A stretch of DNA of 46,303 bases from a virus. Its lineage: Duplodnaviria; Caudoviricetes. The stretch covers positions 1 through 46,303 of the IMG/VR virus record IMGVR_UViG_3300044787_000016. The stretch is one strand, 5' to 3'. The notes below the pieces were generated by a model. The model saw only the letters and a list, made by a program, of their open reading frames with translations. It had not been told where the DNA came from and did not search any database. Both the position numbers and the translations under genes were made by a program. Below are positions 33,682-43,801 of this stretch, piece after piece. Positions within the stretch are counted from its first letter, which is position 1, and every line of letters starts with the position of its first letter.

Positions 33682-36285
33682 GTGCGTAATTACGAAGGTG
33701 TAGTAGGACTCGCAGAGACGAAGGATCCGATCTTGCGTCGGAATATCTTCGTTATTGATCGTTACCTCCGGCTGCTTGATGCAGCAGGGTTTGCTTCTGG
33801 GCAACCTACGAATACTGGTGCGAGTGGAAATACCCATGGAGAAGGGTGTTGCCCGAACCAGGTTGATGAATTCGAGCGGGTGCATGACGCGACCGAGGGG
33901 ATCCTTTCCTTTGGGCGCGCAACTGAACTTGCTTCTGCGGCACCACTCAGTGGACATACCATCACGCGAATTGAAGGTGGGGAACTCAATACCATCTTCA
34001 ACTTGAATGGGGATACCACTGCTGGTGCAGTCACCTTTTCAACTACAACTGTTCGCACTGGAACTTACTCCATCCTTATCACTAAGGGTGGGGCGGCAGC
34101 AGCAAACTTCTCCCTTGCGCTTTTCTTTGATGCGGATGGACAAACCGCTTCCACCGGCCCGGTAGCTGCCTGCGCTTGGCGCGCATGGATTCGCTTCTCC
34201 GCACTTCCCGACGCCGCCCGCCAGATTATCTCGATTCGTAGCGGCGCTACGATTCGTTCTCAGCTTAACCTTTCGAACACTGGAATCCTGACTCTTGATG
34301 GTGTATCAGGAACCACAGTTCTGGCGATTAATACCTGGTATGAACTTACTGGAGTTTTTACTTCAGCGTCTACTGGATCTCATTCCATCCGCATCTCTGA
34401 AGATGGCCGAGATCGCACTCAAGAGTTCTCGAACGTCACTCCCGTTGCTAACGGCACCGTCCTCAACATCCTCTTTGGGTCTACATCTGTTGCTGGAACC
34501 TATACGATGTTTGTGGATGACATCATGCTCGAAGCTGGGGCAAGTACGTCTGTTGTAGACTATCCCCCACCAGGTGGGGTATACGCCATCCCACTTTCCG
34601 CAGATGGAGCAATCGCTGATGTCTGGGGTCTTACTGGCGCCGCAACCAGATGGCAAGCTTGTACTGCTCCCCATGACGCAGCCTCGTTTATTGCAGTCAC
34701 CGGAACGGGAGATAGGAACCAAAGCTTTCTTCAAACGCCCCAAGCCGCAGTTACCCACACTATTAACTGCGCACAATTTGGCAGCATTGTTGGATGTTCC
34801 ACCGCTGGAAACTATAACTCCTTCCTTAAAATTGCGATATCTAATGCTGTCGCTGCTGGGAGTTTAACGTCACTTACTGCCGGAGCAATCGGTGGGGCAA
34901 CTGCCCTTCAAAATATCGGGTCGCTCCAACAGAATTCAAACTTCACTCTCGCCCCATGGACTGAAGCAGAACTCGAAGGGATGGTAATCGTCGCCCACGC
35001 AGCTCCATCCGCTGGTGGGCAAACTGTTAGCGTCTATACCCTAGCCACCCAGGTAGATGTTGGGCCGGCGGCTACAGCAGACTTTGCTCGGGCTATTCGC
35101 GTTACCGCAGAAGACGGGCATGTTATCCCGGCATATCTTGTGGCAGATGGGAGTGCAGTAAATGCTGACTCTCAGGCGCGCCTTGTTGCAGGGTACGATG
35201 GGACTAATGCACAGATCCTCCTAACGGATACCTCTGGGCGGTTGGTTACCGTAGGCGGCGGTGGCATCACCGTTGATCTCGCAGATGACGCTGCGTTCAC
35301 TGTAGGTACCTCCCGGGTTGTGCCTATGGGCGCCATGGCCGACGAAACTGGCACCGATTCAGTGGATGAAGGCGATATCGGCGTCCCAAGAATGACGCTC
35401 GATCGAAAGCTCCTTATCGGGTCTGAGCTTTCAGATGATGCTGCGTTCACTATCGCCTCCTCCAAAGTAAACGTTATAGGGTTCCTCGCGGACGAAACTG
35501 CAACCGATTCGGTTGACGAGGGAGACGTCGGCGCAGCTCGTATGACGCTCGATCGTCGGATCATTACTTCCTCTGAGCTTATTGATGATGCTGCCTTTGG
35601 AATCGGTACTGCGCGTATTTCTGGGACTGGTCTTCTTGCGGACGAAACTGGCACCGATTCTGTAGACGAAGGGGATATTGGCATCGCGCGCATGACGCTC
35701 GACCGGCGTGCGCACGTCAAGAACACTGACTTCTCCGCTGGCGCAGCCCTCGGCGACACCGACGCGAACCCGACGACCACGAAGGTCGGCGCGGTGACGA
35801 TGTTTCGTAATGAGGGAACCACCACCCTCTCTCGTGCGTCAGGTGAGACCCACGCCACGGATGAATTAGGGAATACGGATGATGCCGGAGTCCATGTCTC
35901 GGACATTCATAAGAGCTTTGTCGTCACCCTCACCAACGTCAGTACTGCCTACGATACAAATCCAGAAACGCAAACCTCTGCGAGCACTGATTGCCGGCGC
36001 TTCCGCTATGCCATCCTCTCCTTCACACTTGACTCAACCGGCACCCCAACCGATATTCTCTTTGACGTAGAAATGTCCCCGGACAACTCGAACTTCTATA
36101 AGATCGGATGGGGCTTTCTTCAGGATCTTCGATACGACGACACCGTTTGTGCAACCGCGATCAACGAATCCATCCTTATTGAGAAGTTAGACCGCTACGT
36201 TCGATTGGTTGTAACCGCAACTGGCGGAACTGGCGCTGGTACTAAGTTCGACGTAACCAACGCTAAGATCACGTTCTTCAACTAA
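33682..36285 (+). CDS. Tail fibre/spike-like protein with LamG-like domain and internal repeats
   Basis: Thr/Gly/Ala-rich; TTVLAINTWYEL...FVDDI lectin-like segment; three 50-aa repeats. Confidence 0.7.
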   Translation: MRNYEGVVGLAETKDPILRRNIFVIDRYLRLLDAAGFASGQPTNTGASGNTHGEGCCPNQVDEFERVHDATEGILSFGRATELASAAPLSGHTITRIEGGELNTIFNLNGDTTAGAVTFSTTTVRTGTYSILITKGGAAAANFSLALFFDADGQTASTGPVAACAWRAWIRFSALPDAARQIISIRSGATIRSQLNLSNTGILTLDGVSGTTVLAINTWYELTGVFTSASTGSHSIRISEDGRDRTQEFSNVTPVANGTVLNILFGSTSVAGTYTMFVDDIMLEAGASTSVVDYPPPGGVYAIPLSADGAIADVWGLTGAATRWQACTAPHDAASFIAVTGTGDRNQSFLQTPQAAVTHTINCAQFGSIVGCSTAGNYNSFLKIAISNAVAAGSLTSLTAGAIGGATALQNIGSLQQNSNFTLAPWTEAELEGMVIVAHAAPSAGGQTVSVYTLATQVDVGPAATADFARAIRVTAEDGHVIPAYLVADGSAVNADSQARLVAGYDGTNAQILLTDTSGRLVTVGGGGITVDLADDAAFTVGTSRVVPMGAMADETGTDSVDEGDIGVPRMTLDRKLLIGSELSDDAAFTIASSKVNVIGFLADETATDSVDEGDVGAARMTLDRRIITSSELIDDAAFGIGTARISGTGLLADETGTDSVDEGDIGIARMTLDRRAHVKNTDFSAGAALGDTDANPTTTKVGAVTMFRNEGTTTLSRASGETHATDELGNTDDAGVHVSDIHKSFVVTLTNVSTAYDTNPETQTSASTDCRRFRYAILSFTLDSTGTPTDILFDVEMSPDNSNFYKIGWGFLQDLRYDDTVCATAINESILIEKLDRYVRLVVTATGGTGAGTKFDVTNAKITFFN
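35275..35724 (+). repeat. Three tandem 150-bp coding repeats
   Basis: DDAAF...ADET(G/A)TDSVDEGD(I/V)G..RMTLDR units start at 35275, 35425 and 35575. Confidence 0.9.
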
Positions 36286-37091
36286 TGGCAAACCGCACTG
36301 TCACAGTCCGCAAGTCCAGTCGAAAAGGCGCTTTCCTTGGCACTGGCGCGAGTCTTTCTTTCGCTTGGACCTATGTTCCCGGTTCGGGTGCAGAAGACCA
36401 AAACGTAACAGGTGTGACTTTTGACGGCAAATATCTTATTTTCTGTACGGACGAACCCAATCCAGCCCTCGGCACATCAGCACGCTTCGTAGTTGTAGAT
36501 CCTACTAACGGCTCTATCATCCGTAACATCAACGCTGGTATTATCTCTGATGGCGGATTTCGCGATATCTGTTGGGATGGAAAGTACATCTGGGGCCTCG
36601 ACTACTACGCCAATGACGCGGTTCCAACCTGTGCAATCTCAAAGTATAGCCGTAAAACAGGGGGACTTATTAGCCGTCTTGTTACCGGTTTAAGCACTGA
36701 CTATTGGTCGATAACCTTTGATGGTAAGTATATTCTCGCTTTAAAGGGTTTCTCCGGCGGCAGTCCACAATGTTATGTTACCGTCTTCCATCCTAGAACT
36801 GGCGCTATTATTGCAACAAAGATTATGCTAAACGTGCTTGACTTTAATCTTTCCATCCATGCTGGCATCGCATGGGATGGAAAGTATATCTTAAGCAAAC
36901 AACATCCAGTGTTCGATATCTTTGGTGCTCCGGTCAATATGATCTATCAAGCTCAGCATAGGCGACAACCGGATGCTGGCGCAGGTGTACTTGCTGCTTG
37001 TCTTTCAAACGCAACAGTTCCCGCACGAACCGGCGAAGCTAAGGCTATTACTTTCGATAATAAGTATCTCTACGACTTCACCCAAGTGTGA
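36285..37091 (+). CDS. Beta-propeller protein (candidate receptor-binding)
   Basis: Five (F/W)D(G/N)KY repeats. Confidence 0.65.
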   Translation: MANRTVTVRKSSRKGAFLGTGASLSFAWTYVPGSGAEDQNVTGVTFDGKYLIFCTDEPNPALGTSARFVVVDPTNGSIIRNINAGIISDGGFRDICWDGKYIWGLDYYANDAVPTCAISKYSRKTGGLISRLVTGLSTDYWSITFDGKYILALKGFSGGSPQCYVTVFHPRTGAIIATKIMLNVLDFNLSIHAGIAWDGKYILSKQHPVFDIFGAPVNMIYQAQHRRQPDAGAGVLAACLSNATVPARTGEAKAITFDNKYLYDFTQV

Positions 37092-37465
37092 CCCTCAGCA
37101 ATCAACTTCCCTACTTGGGACCTAAATCAATGGCAAACACACCTCTCCTTAAAAAGTACGCCGAGATCACGAAGACTAAAGTTGCAGCAGATTTCGGCCT
37201 CGGTAGTGTGGCAAGTATTCTTTCGTGGGGGTCGGAGGGTGTTGGACCAAACTTTAACATGATTACCCAGATCGCCAACACCACTACTACGCCCATCCCG
37301 GGGGTGAACATCGTTACCGAAAACTACCGGCGTACCCCGGCAGCCGACATCTTTGCGCTGTATTTCAACGGCTTAGGCTTGCCCCCTAATTACTTCTCTG
37401 CCGCTACCATGAGGTTTACCACCAACACCGTCCAAATCTGGCGGAATCAGGAAGACGTAGCCTAG
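37088..37465 (+). CDS. Hypothetical tail-module protein
   Basis: GTGA-coupled ORF. Confidence 0.55.
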   Translation: MTLSNQLPYLGPKSMANTPLLKKYAEITKTKVAADFGLGSVASILSWGSEGVGPNFNMITQIANTTTTPIPGVNIVTENYRRTPAADIFALYFNGLGLPPNYFSAATMRFTTNTVQIWRNQEDVA

Positions 37466-37483
37466 CCAAGCTACTCTCCTGTA

Positions 37484-37492
37484 TGGTAGAAT
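37484..37492 (+). promoter_or_regulatory. Extended -10 promoter, probably leaderless transcript
   Basis: TGGTAGAAT ends 6 nt before ATG 37499, within a short intergenic gap that has no SD. Confidence 0.5.
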
Positions 37493-37498
37493 AACCCT

Positions 37499-38137
37499 AT
37501 GCCTAGACCCAACAACCCTTTCCGCAGTGACTTGCCTAGCCTTAATCAGCGCCCAGCTACTTTGCCCCGTCCCCAGCCGGCACCAGCTCAAGCCGCCCCC
37601 TCCCCAGAACAAGCTCAATGGGATCGCCTTATGAGCCACTCTACCGGACGTGGTAGGGCAGCCCGCGCAGAATCCGAGCTTTACCTTGGCCCTGACGCAA
37701 TCTCCAACGACACGAACCGGCTTTTCGAGCTTATGGTTGGCTCCCCCATGTTCCAAAACATGATGCGTGGGCTAATCCAGTCCGGGAGCCAGATGAACAC
37801 TGGCTTCCAGTCAGCCCTTGGACGAACTGGCCTGTCTAGCTCGGGGGTTGGGGCAGCCTCAGGTGCGCTTGCAAAGTCCGCAACGGGAAACGCCATTCAA
37901 GGGGCGCGGGGGGATATGTTTGCCCAAGCCCTTCAGACTGCACTTCAGGCCCTCCAATCGCGGATGCAAATGGCTCCAACGTTCATGGAGGAGCGTCGGG
38001 CTGGACCATCCTTTATGGAAGGAATTGGTGGACAGTTACTCGGTGGCGCGGCAAGTGCAATTCCGGGGGCAGGAACCGCGGCAACTGTCGCACGAGGCGC
38101 GGGTCGGGCAGCTAGTGCAGCCAGCCGGAGACGATAA
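37499..38137 (+). CDS. Internal virion/ejection protein
   Basis: Gly/Ala/Gln-rich, GRTGLSSSGVG; first of three genes of increasing size. Confidence 0.6.
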   Translation: MPRPNNPFRSDLPSLNQRPATLPRPQPAPAQAAPSPEQAQWDRLMSHSTGRGRAARAESELYLGPDAISNDTNRLFELMVGSPMFQNMMRGLIQSGSQMNTGFQSALGRTGLSSSGVGAASGALAKSATGNAIQGARGDMFAQALQTALQALQSRMQMAPTFMEERRAGPSFMEGIGGQLLGGAASAIPGAGTAATVARGAGRAASAASRRR

Positions 38138-39204
38138 TGCCTTTCGGAATCCCACCACGACAGAATCCTGTACAGAACGACGTCATGCCCTCGCCATCCC
38201 TTCAGGGGACGATGACGAATAATGCCCAACCCGGGGGGATGATGCTGCCTAAGGCAGCTATGCAGGGGCTTCCACCGGACTATCAGTCGATGCTTACCTC
38301 CCCGGGTTTGGCCCCGGCGTTCGAGTCTACGGCGCCTGAGGAGCCTCAAGGTGGGCAGAAGGCGCTCGACTATATTCTCGGCGCGCTAGGTGGCCTCCTC
38401 CAGGGTGGCGCTCCAGGGCTTGTCGGTGGAATCATGGGCGTGCGAGATAACATGCGCCAGATCCGCGAGGAGCAACGCATCGCAGCCCAGGAGTCTGCCC
38501 GGGATAAGATGAAGTTCATCACCGAGGGCCTGACCCAAGGGCGCGCAGACAAGCTCGCGAACGCTGAAGCCAAGCTTCGGGAAGCAAAGCTTCAGGGTGA
38601 CGAGAACGCTGTCCGTATGGCCAGTCAAGATGTGGAGAATGCTAAGTCGCGGGATGCGGCCGCCATGGATCGGCAGGAAGCTGAGCTTGAGGCACAGCGC
38701 TCCGAGCTTAAGCTTGCCCAAGCACGCCTTGAGTCTATGAACACGCCTGACCATGAAGCGGGACTCGCCATGATCGGGAACTATGGCTCACTTCTCGAAG
38801 ACTACAAGACCCAACTTAACGATCAGATTACCGCTGGCACCGATGGAGAACCCGTTCTCCGCAAGAAGATCGGGGATACGGTCTACGAGGTTCGGGGGGT
38901 TGAAGCCATCCGTAATGATCTCGAAGCTGGCCTTGAGAACGCTGTGAATCAAGCCTCTGGCCTCCAAGATCCCGAGGTCCAGGAGCGCCTTCGCACATCC
39001 TACCAGATTGCCCTTGAGCCACTTCTCGAACGGTGGTCGGAGAAGGTCACCCTCTCCCGGGTTGCGCGTGCAAAGAAGAGTCAAGCTAAGGCTAAGGAAG
39101 GCGCTCGCAAGTTTAAGACTGGCCAGGAGCGGCGTGAGCAAGCCCGAGCAGTCGGCCGGCAAATGGGCGGCGGCTTCGGTGGATCAGGCTTCCTACCACA
39201 GTAA
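38137..39204 (+). CDS. Internal virion/ejection protein
   Basis: Gly-rich hydrophobic stretch followed by a coiled coil. Confidence 0.6.
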   Translation: MPFGIPPRQNPVQNDVMPSPSLQGTMTNNAQPGGMMLPKAAMQGLPPDYQSMLTSPGLAPAFESTAPEEPQGGQKALDYILGALGGLLQGGAPGLVGGIMGVRDNMRQIREEQRIAAQESARDKMKFITEGLTQGRADKLANAEAKLREAKLQGDENAVRMASQDVENAKSRDAAAMDRQEAELEAQRSELKLAQARLESMNTPDHEAGLAMIGNYGSLLEDYKTQLNDQITAGTDGEPVLRKKIGDTVYEVRGVEAIRNDLEAGLENAVNQASGLQDPEVQERLRTSYQIALEPLLERWSEKVTLSRVARAKKSQAKAKEGARKFKTGQERREQARAVGRQMGGGFGGSGFLPQ

Positions 39205-42200
39205 ATGCCAAATCTCTTCTTTGATTCAGGTTCCTCTTCAGGGAATCTGTTCTTCAATCCGTCTAAGCGTCAACCCGCCCAGGAGACGCCTGAGATCGAA
39301 AAGCTGGAGACGCGAGCTGATGAAGCTGAGCGCCTTCTTGCTGCATCAGGTGAAGTCCCTGAGCCGGCACCTCCGACCCCACTAGAGAGAATCTCTGACG
39401 TTCTCCTTCGCCCCAACTTTGCGGGCGCCGGATTCGTTGAGGAGATGGTCACGACTGGCGATATTCGTCAGGCGGTTAGTCGGGCTAGCCGCGAGCTATC
39501 GTCAGGACTTCCCGGGATTACGGGCGACAAGGAAACTTTCGGGAAAGTCCTTGAGGACCTTGGAGTTCCTGAATATGGGCACGTCTCCTCCCTCCTTCCA
39601 TTCCTCTTCAACGATAGCGGTAAGGGCTGGCGCTTTAAGCGTGGTGATATCATGGATATCACTGGCCGGGGAGCTATTGGCTTTGGGATGGACGTTCCCC
39701 TTGACCCACTTACCTACGTTAGTTTCGGGACGGCCCCGGGGGCCGGCGTAGTTCTACGGCAGGGTGGCGTTAAGGGAATTCGGCGCTTCTCCAAGGTGGG
39801 GCTGAAGGCTGTTACTAAGGCATTCGAGGAAGAGACTCCAGAAGCAGTCCGTTACGCTGAGTGGTTGTCCAAGAACATGAATCGGACGGCGCCTAAGGTC
39901 CTCGATGAAATCGAGATCGCCCCGCGTATCAAATCAGTTGTTGAGAAGGAACTCGAAGGCCAGATTCACATTGCCCAACGGCAGGCAGACGAGGCCGCAC
40001 GCTTGGTTCAGAAGGACCCCCTCAACATCGATAAGATGGCGATGGAGCAATCAACCCGGGGGGAGGTATCCCGCCTCCAAAGCCAGCTTGATAATGCTAG
40101 CCGCTTCGAAGACGACCTGACTCGCCAGGCCACAGGGAAGCTTACCGCTCGCCGGGGTGGACTAGATCCACTTACTTCGGACGAAGCGCTTCACGTTGCC
40201 CGCGATGCAAACCTGTTTGGACATGAAGTCGCCCACCAGGCTGCGATTTCCAAGGTCGATGACCTGATCCGCGCCGGAGCGTCGAAGTACGCTGACGATA
40301 GCGTTGTCCGCTTTATGGGCAAGCCCCTCCTGTCGAACGAGCGGTTCAAGGCTATTGGAACTCCAGTGACCCGCCTCATGCGGCACCTGGAGGAACTTCC
40401 TATTGGCGCGCAGATCTCCTCCGGGATCCGCAAGATGACCAATTCGCGAGGGAAGCGCGTCCTTGAGAAGCAGATCGATGGGATGTTTAACGAGACCCTC
40501 AAGGCTGCCCGGAATATCCCCGGGGCCTTAGAGGCTCGTTCGCTCTACCGTGCCGAGAGCCGCCTTCTCCGTAGGGGGAACGCAGAATCCGTAGCCAAGC
40601 TAACCGCCAAGTGGCGGAAGATGAAGCTTGCCCAACCAATTGAGTTCGCAGGAAAGAAGATCCTGACCGTCGCAGACTATGCGGCACTCCATCTGGACGA
40701 TCCAACCCGATTCCCAGCAGAGAACCTCCCGCCTTCGGCACGCGATCAAATCACTCAAATTCGCCAGATGACGGCTGAGTGGTTCCATAATGAGGCGCGG
40801 AGGGATGCCATCGACCCTCGCGCCTTCCGCGAAAACTACTTCCCACATATGTTCGACAACCCGGATGACGAGATGGATAAGCTCTCGTCTCTCTGGCAAT
40901 CGCGCAAGGGAATTGGGTTCGATAAGACCTTCTCCAAGGGGCCATGGGGCGAGCAGCGTGTCTTCCCTACCTTCTCAGACGCTATGGAGTTCGCCGGCCA
41001 ACTTAAGAAGGAAGGCGTTATCAACTTCGACCTGAAGCCAATCCTTGATTCGGCTGAGGTCCTCGCACGTCGGGGCGACTCGAACGCTTCCATCATGGCT
41101 GCGGAGAATTATTACTCCCGAGTCATTAACCACTTTGGCCTCTCAGACCACGTTGTCGCAGAGGAGACCTTCAAGCGCGCCTTCCCAGAGATAGCCCAGA
41201 CCCTCAAGGCAAAGCTAGACAGCGCCCCAGAGAAGGCATCGCGCAATCTATTCTTTGGCGTCGAGAAGGAACTTGGCCGCACCGAAGCACTGCGTCAGAG
41301 CCTTGGCCTCACCCCCGAGATGGGCCCTCAAATCTCCTTCCTCGACAATCTCTTCCCTCCTACGGCTCCCCGGAAGAAGGGCCTCGTAGATGTTGGGAAG
41401 CTTCTCGCGCGCGCCCAAGCTGGACAGACTGCGAACCTGGCAGGACTAACTCCTGAGCTTAAGGGCCTCTATTGGATGGGGCGCATGACGGCGGTGGATA
41501 GTCTTTCCTCGCTGAATAAGCTCATGAAGCGCCATGCGGAGGATATCTCTAAGCTAGATCCAGAGATCATTGAATCTATTCGTGGGCTCTTGGGAACTTC
41601 GCGTCGGCAATACCTCTCCACGTTCAACGAACCATATAAGCGCATCGCATCCGGCCCATATAAGGGGCTCTGGATGCCGCAGGCTATGGCCGAGGAAGCG
41701 GATCGCCTTGGAACTTCCGTCCTCAATCGTCGGGAAGTGCGCGGACTCTTGAAAACTTGGGACCTTACCCAGGACATCTTCAAGGGTGCAGTCACGACGC
41801 TCTGGCCTGCGTTCCATATGCGAAATCACTTTTCAAACGTAGCTACTACCTTCACCGATATCGGGATGAGCGCCTTTGATCCGCGCAAGATGTTCCATGT
41901 CGCAGGGATTATGGGTGGCAGAGACGGGACCCTTCAGACTCCACTTGGACGATGGACCTATGATGAAGTACGGACTCTCTTCAAGCGATTTGGCCTGGAG
42001 TCTGAGGGACAGGAACTTGCTGAGCGTCTGACGCGCTCAAGGAACATCATCCTTGATAACCCAGCAACCAATGTAGGCCGTGGTGTCGGTGCGCGTATTG
42101 AGAACCATGCGAAACTCATTAACTTCGTAACTTGGCTTGAGCGCGGACTTGATCCTGCCCAAGCAGCGCAGCGCGTTCAACGCGCTCTTTTCGATTACGA

Positions 42201-43023
42201 CCAACTCGCTCCTTTCGAGCGAGACGTCATGCGGCGGCTCTTTCCATTTTACACCTGGACTCGAAAGAACCTCGAACTCTCAGCTAAGCAACTCCTGCAA
42301 CACCCCGGGCGGATGAAGGCGCAGCTTGCTATTTCAGATCAAGAAACTGGACCTGAACGGGAGATGCTTCCTGAATATCTTCGCGGTGATTTCCGCGTAA
42401 AGATCAAGGGGGATGGGAAGCTGACGTATGTAACGGGAATCGATCTTCCCTTCTCGTCCGCAGTAGAAACGGCGATGGGCGTGCCGGGCCGCAATGCCTT
42501 TCGCCAAACCCTCTCCTCCATGACCCCCGCACTTAAAGCATTCATCGAGCTTGGAACCCAACGCAACCTCTGGACGGGACGTTCGCTTACGGAGCGTCAA
42601 TCAGTCGGGGATGTGATGGGGAATGTCATCGAAAAACTCCCAAGTGAGACGCAGAAGTGGCTTGAGTTCCAGAAGGGTTCGTTCGAAGGTGAACCTACTT
42701 ATTCGATTAACGGCCTCAAGGCATATGTCCTCTTTAAGTCCTATGCCCTCTCGCGGGTCTTCTCTTCAAGCGCACACCTGGAATCCGATAACATGAAGTC
42801 CTGGTTGGTGAACTACTTTACCGGGACAAATATGAAGGAATTCGACCTGAGTGAGAAGCAGGAACGAGTCCTTAGAAATCGAATCAAGACTTGGGAAGAC
42901 GAACTTCTTCGCCGGGGCGTGATGCAGCGTGGCAAGCCCTATCTTCCAAAGACTTCCCCATATAGGGTGGAAAAGCCAAAGAAGGCCAAGAAAAAGAAGT
43001 CTGAAGGATTATTCAGTCGATGA
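39205..43023 (+). CDS. Large internal virion/ejection protein
   Basis: 1272 aa, helical; DPLTY, NYFPH, PAFHMRN, FDY..L..FER..MRR.FPFYTW.RKN. Confidence 0.75.
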   Translation: MPNLFFDSGSSSGNLFFNPSKRQPAQETPEIEKLETRADEAERLLAASGEVPEPAPPTPLERISDVLLRPNFAGAGFVEEMVTTGDIRQAVSRASRELSSGLPGITGDKETFGKVLEDLGVPEYGHVSSLLPFLFNDSGKGWRFKRGDIMDITGRGAIGFGMDVPLDPLTYVSFGTAPGAGVVLRQGGVKGIRRFSKVGLKAVTKAFEEETPEAVRYAEWLSKNMNRTAPKVLDEIEIAPRIKSVVEKELEGQIHIAQRQADEAARLVQKDPLNIDKMAMEQSTRGEVSRLQSQLDNASRFEDDLTRQATGKLTARRGGLDPLTSDEALHVARDANLFGHEVAHQAAISKVDDLIRAGASKYADDSVVRFMGKPLLSNERFKAIGTPVTRLMRHLEELPIGAQISSGIRKMTNSRGKRVLEKQIDGMFNETLKAARNIPGALEARSLYRAESRLLRRGNAESVAKLTAKWRKMKLAQPIEFAGKKILTVADYAALHLDDPTRFPAENLPPSARDQITQIRQMTAEWFHNEARRDAIDPRAFRENYFPHMFDNPDDEMDKLSSLWQSRKGIGFDKTFSKGPWGEQRVFPTFSDAMEFAGQLKKEGVINFDLKPILDSAEVLARRGDSNASIMAAENYYSRVINHFGLSDHVVAEETFKRAFPEIAQTLKAKLDSAPEKASRNLFFGVEKELGRTEALRQSLGLTPEMGPQISFLDNLFPPTAPRKKGLVDVGKLLARAQAGQTANLAGLTPELKGLYWMGRMTAVDSLSSLNKLMKRHAEDISKLDPEIIESIRGLLGTSRRQYLSTFNEPYKRIASGPYKGLWMPQAMAEEADRLGTSVLNRREVRGLLKTWDLTQDIFKGAVTTLWPAFHMRNHFSNVATTFTDIGMSAFDPRKMFHVAGIMGGRDGTLQTPLGRWTYDEVRTLFKRFGLESEGQELAERLTRSRNIILDNPATNVGRGVGARIENHAKLINFVTWLERGLDPAQAAQRVQRALFDYDQLAPFERDVMRRLFPFYTWTRKNLELSAKQLLQHPGRMKAQLAISDQETGPEREMLPEYLRGDFRVKIKGDGKLTYVTGIDLPFSSAVETAMGVPGRNAFRQTLSSMTPALKAFIELGTQRNLWTGRSLTERQSVGDVMGNVIEKLPSETQKWLEFQKGSFEGEPTYSINGLKAYVLFKSYALSRVFSSSAHLESDNMKSWLVNYFTGTNMKEFDLSEKQERVLRNRIKTWEDELLRRGVMQRGKPYLPKTSPYRVEKPKKAKKKKSEGLFSR

Positions 43024-43226
43024 ATGCTCGACAGATCGTCTTCCCCGTGATATTATCCTTCGTAACCGGTGGGATCTCTGGTGTAGGCGCCTCTCGCCTA
43101 GTCACCGAGCACCGCCTTACCGCGCTTGAAACGGACGTCAAGCATATCCTTGAGGATGGAAGAGACCTTAAGGACGATGTTCGGGAAATCAAGTACCTTC
43201 TACTTCAAGATAGAAAGAAGAAATGA
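43020..43226 (+). CDS. Holin-like small membrane protein
   Basis: N-terminal TM helix, coiled coil, basic C-terminus. Confidence 0.45.
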   Translation: MNARQIVFPVILSFVTGGISGVGASRLVTEHRLTALETDVKHILEDGRDLKDDVREIKYLLLQDRKKK

Positions 43227-43534
43227 ACCCTTTCAAGATCCTTAGAAACTTGCTGCCATATCTCATTGAGCTTGTGGTGGCCCCATTCATCCGGCCCGTC
43301 ATTGAGAACAACCTGCGTCGGGCACAGACCATCGAGATTGTAGCCTCCGCTGTTGCGCGGAACCTCATCGCTGAGCATCCAGCGGCCGAATGGGCCGTTC
43401 TGGTTGAGCTTGCTGTGCGTTTGCTCGGGGAGCAGGTCCCGGATGGTGCAGTCTCGGCGAACCCTGCGGTCCTTCGGCGTGTGGCGATTGACGCCCTGGC
43501 CAAGGTCGGCGTTGTGAAGCCTATCGTGAAGTAA
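43223..43534 (+). CDS. Hypothetical protein (possibly lysis-related)
   Basis: ATGA-coupled, amphipathic helical. Confidence 0.55.
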   Translation: MNPFKILRNLLPYLIELVVAPFIRPVIENNLRRAQTIEIVASAVARNLIAEHPAAEWAVLVELAVRLLGEQVPDGAVSANPAVLRRVAIDALAKVGVVKPIVK

Positions 43535-43800
43535 TGCCACGCCAGTCACCCAATACCCGCGCCGAAATTCGCCGTAAGCCAACCCCACCACGAGGCCCCT
43601 TCGATGAACTTATTCGTGCGCCTCTTGCGCGCGATCTAGGCTCAAGTCGCGTGGGAGAACTTAAGGAAGAAGATTATGCTAAGAAGGCGGGAATGGGTGA
43701 TGTCCAGGAACAAGAAGGCCGCCGCGCCAAAGCATCTAAGTACGCAACTAAGATGCTGAAGGAAGGCAAAGGCGGGACAGGAAAAAAGAAGTACACCTAA
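43534..43800 (+). CDS. Small basic protein
   Basis: TAATG-coupled ORF. Confidence 0.55.
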   Translation: MPRQSPNTRAEIRRKPTPPRGPFDELIRAPLARDLGSSRVGELKEEDYAKKAGMGDVQEQEGRRAKASKYATKMLKEGKGGTGKKKYT

Positions 43801-43801
43801 A

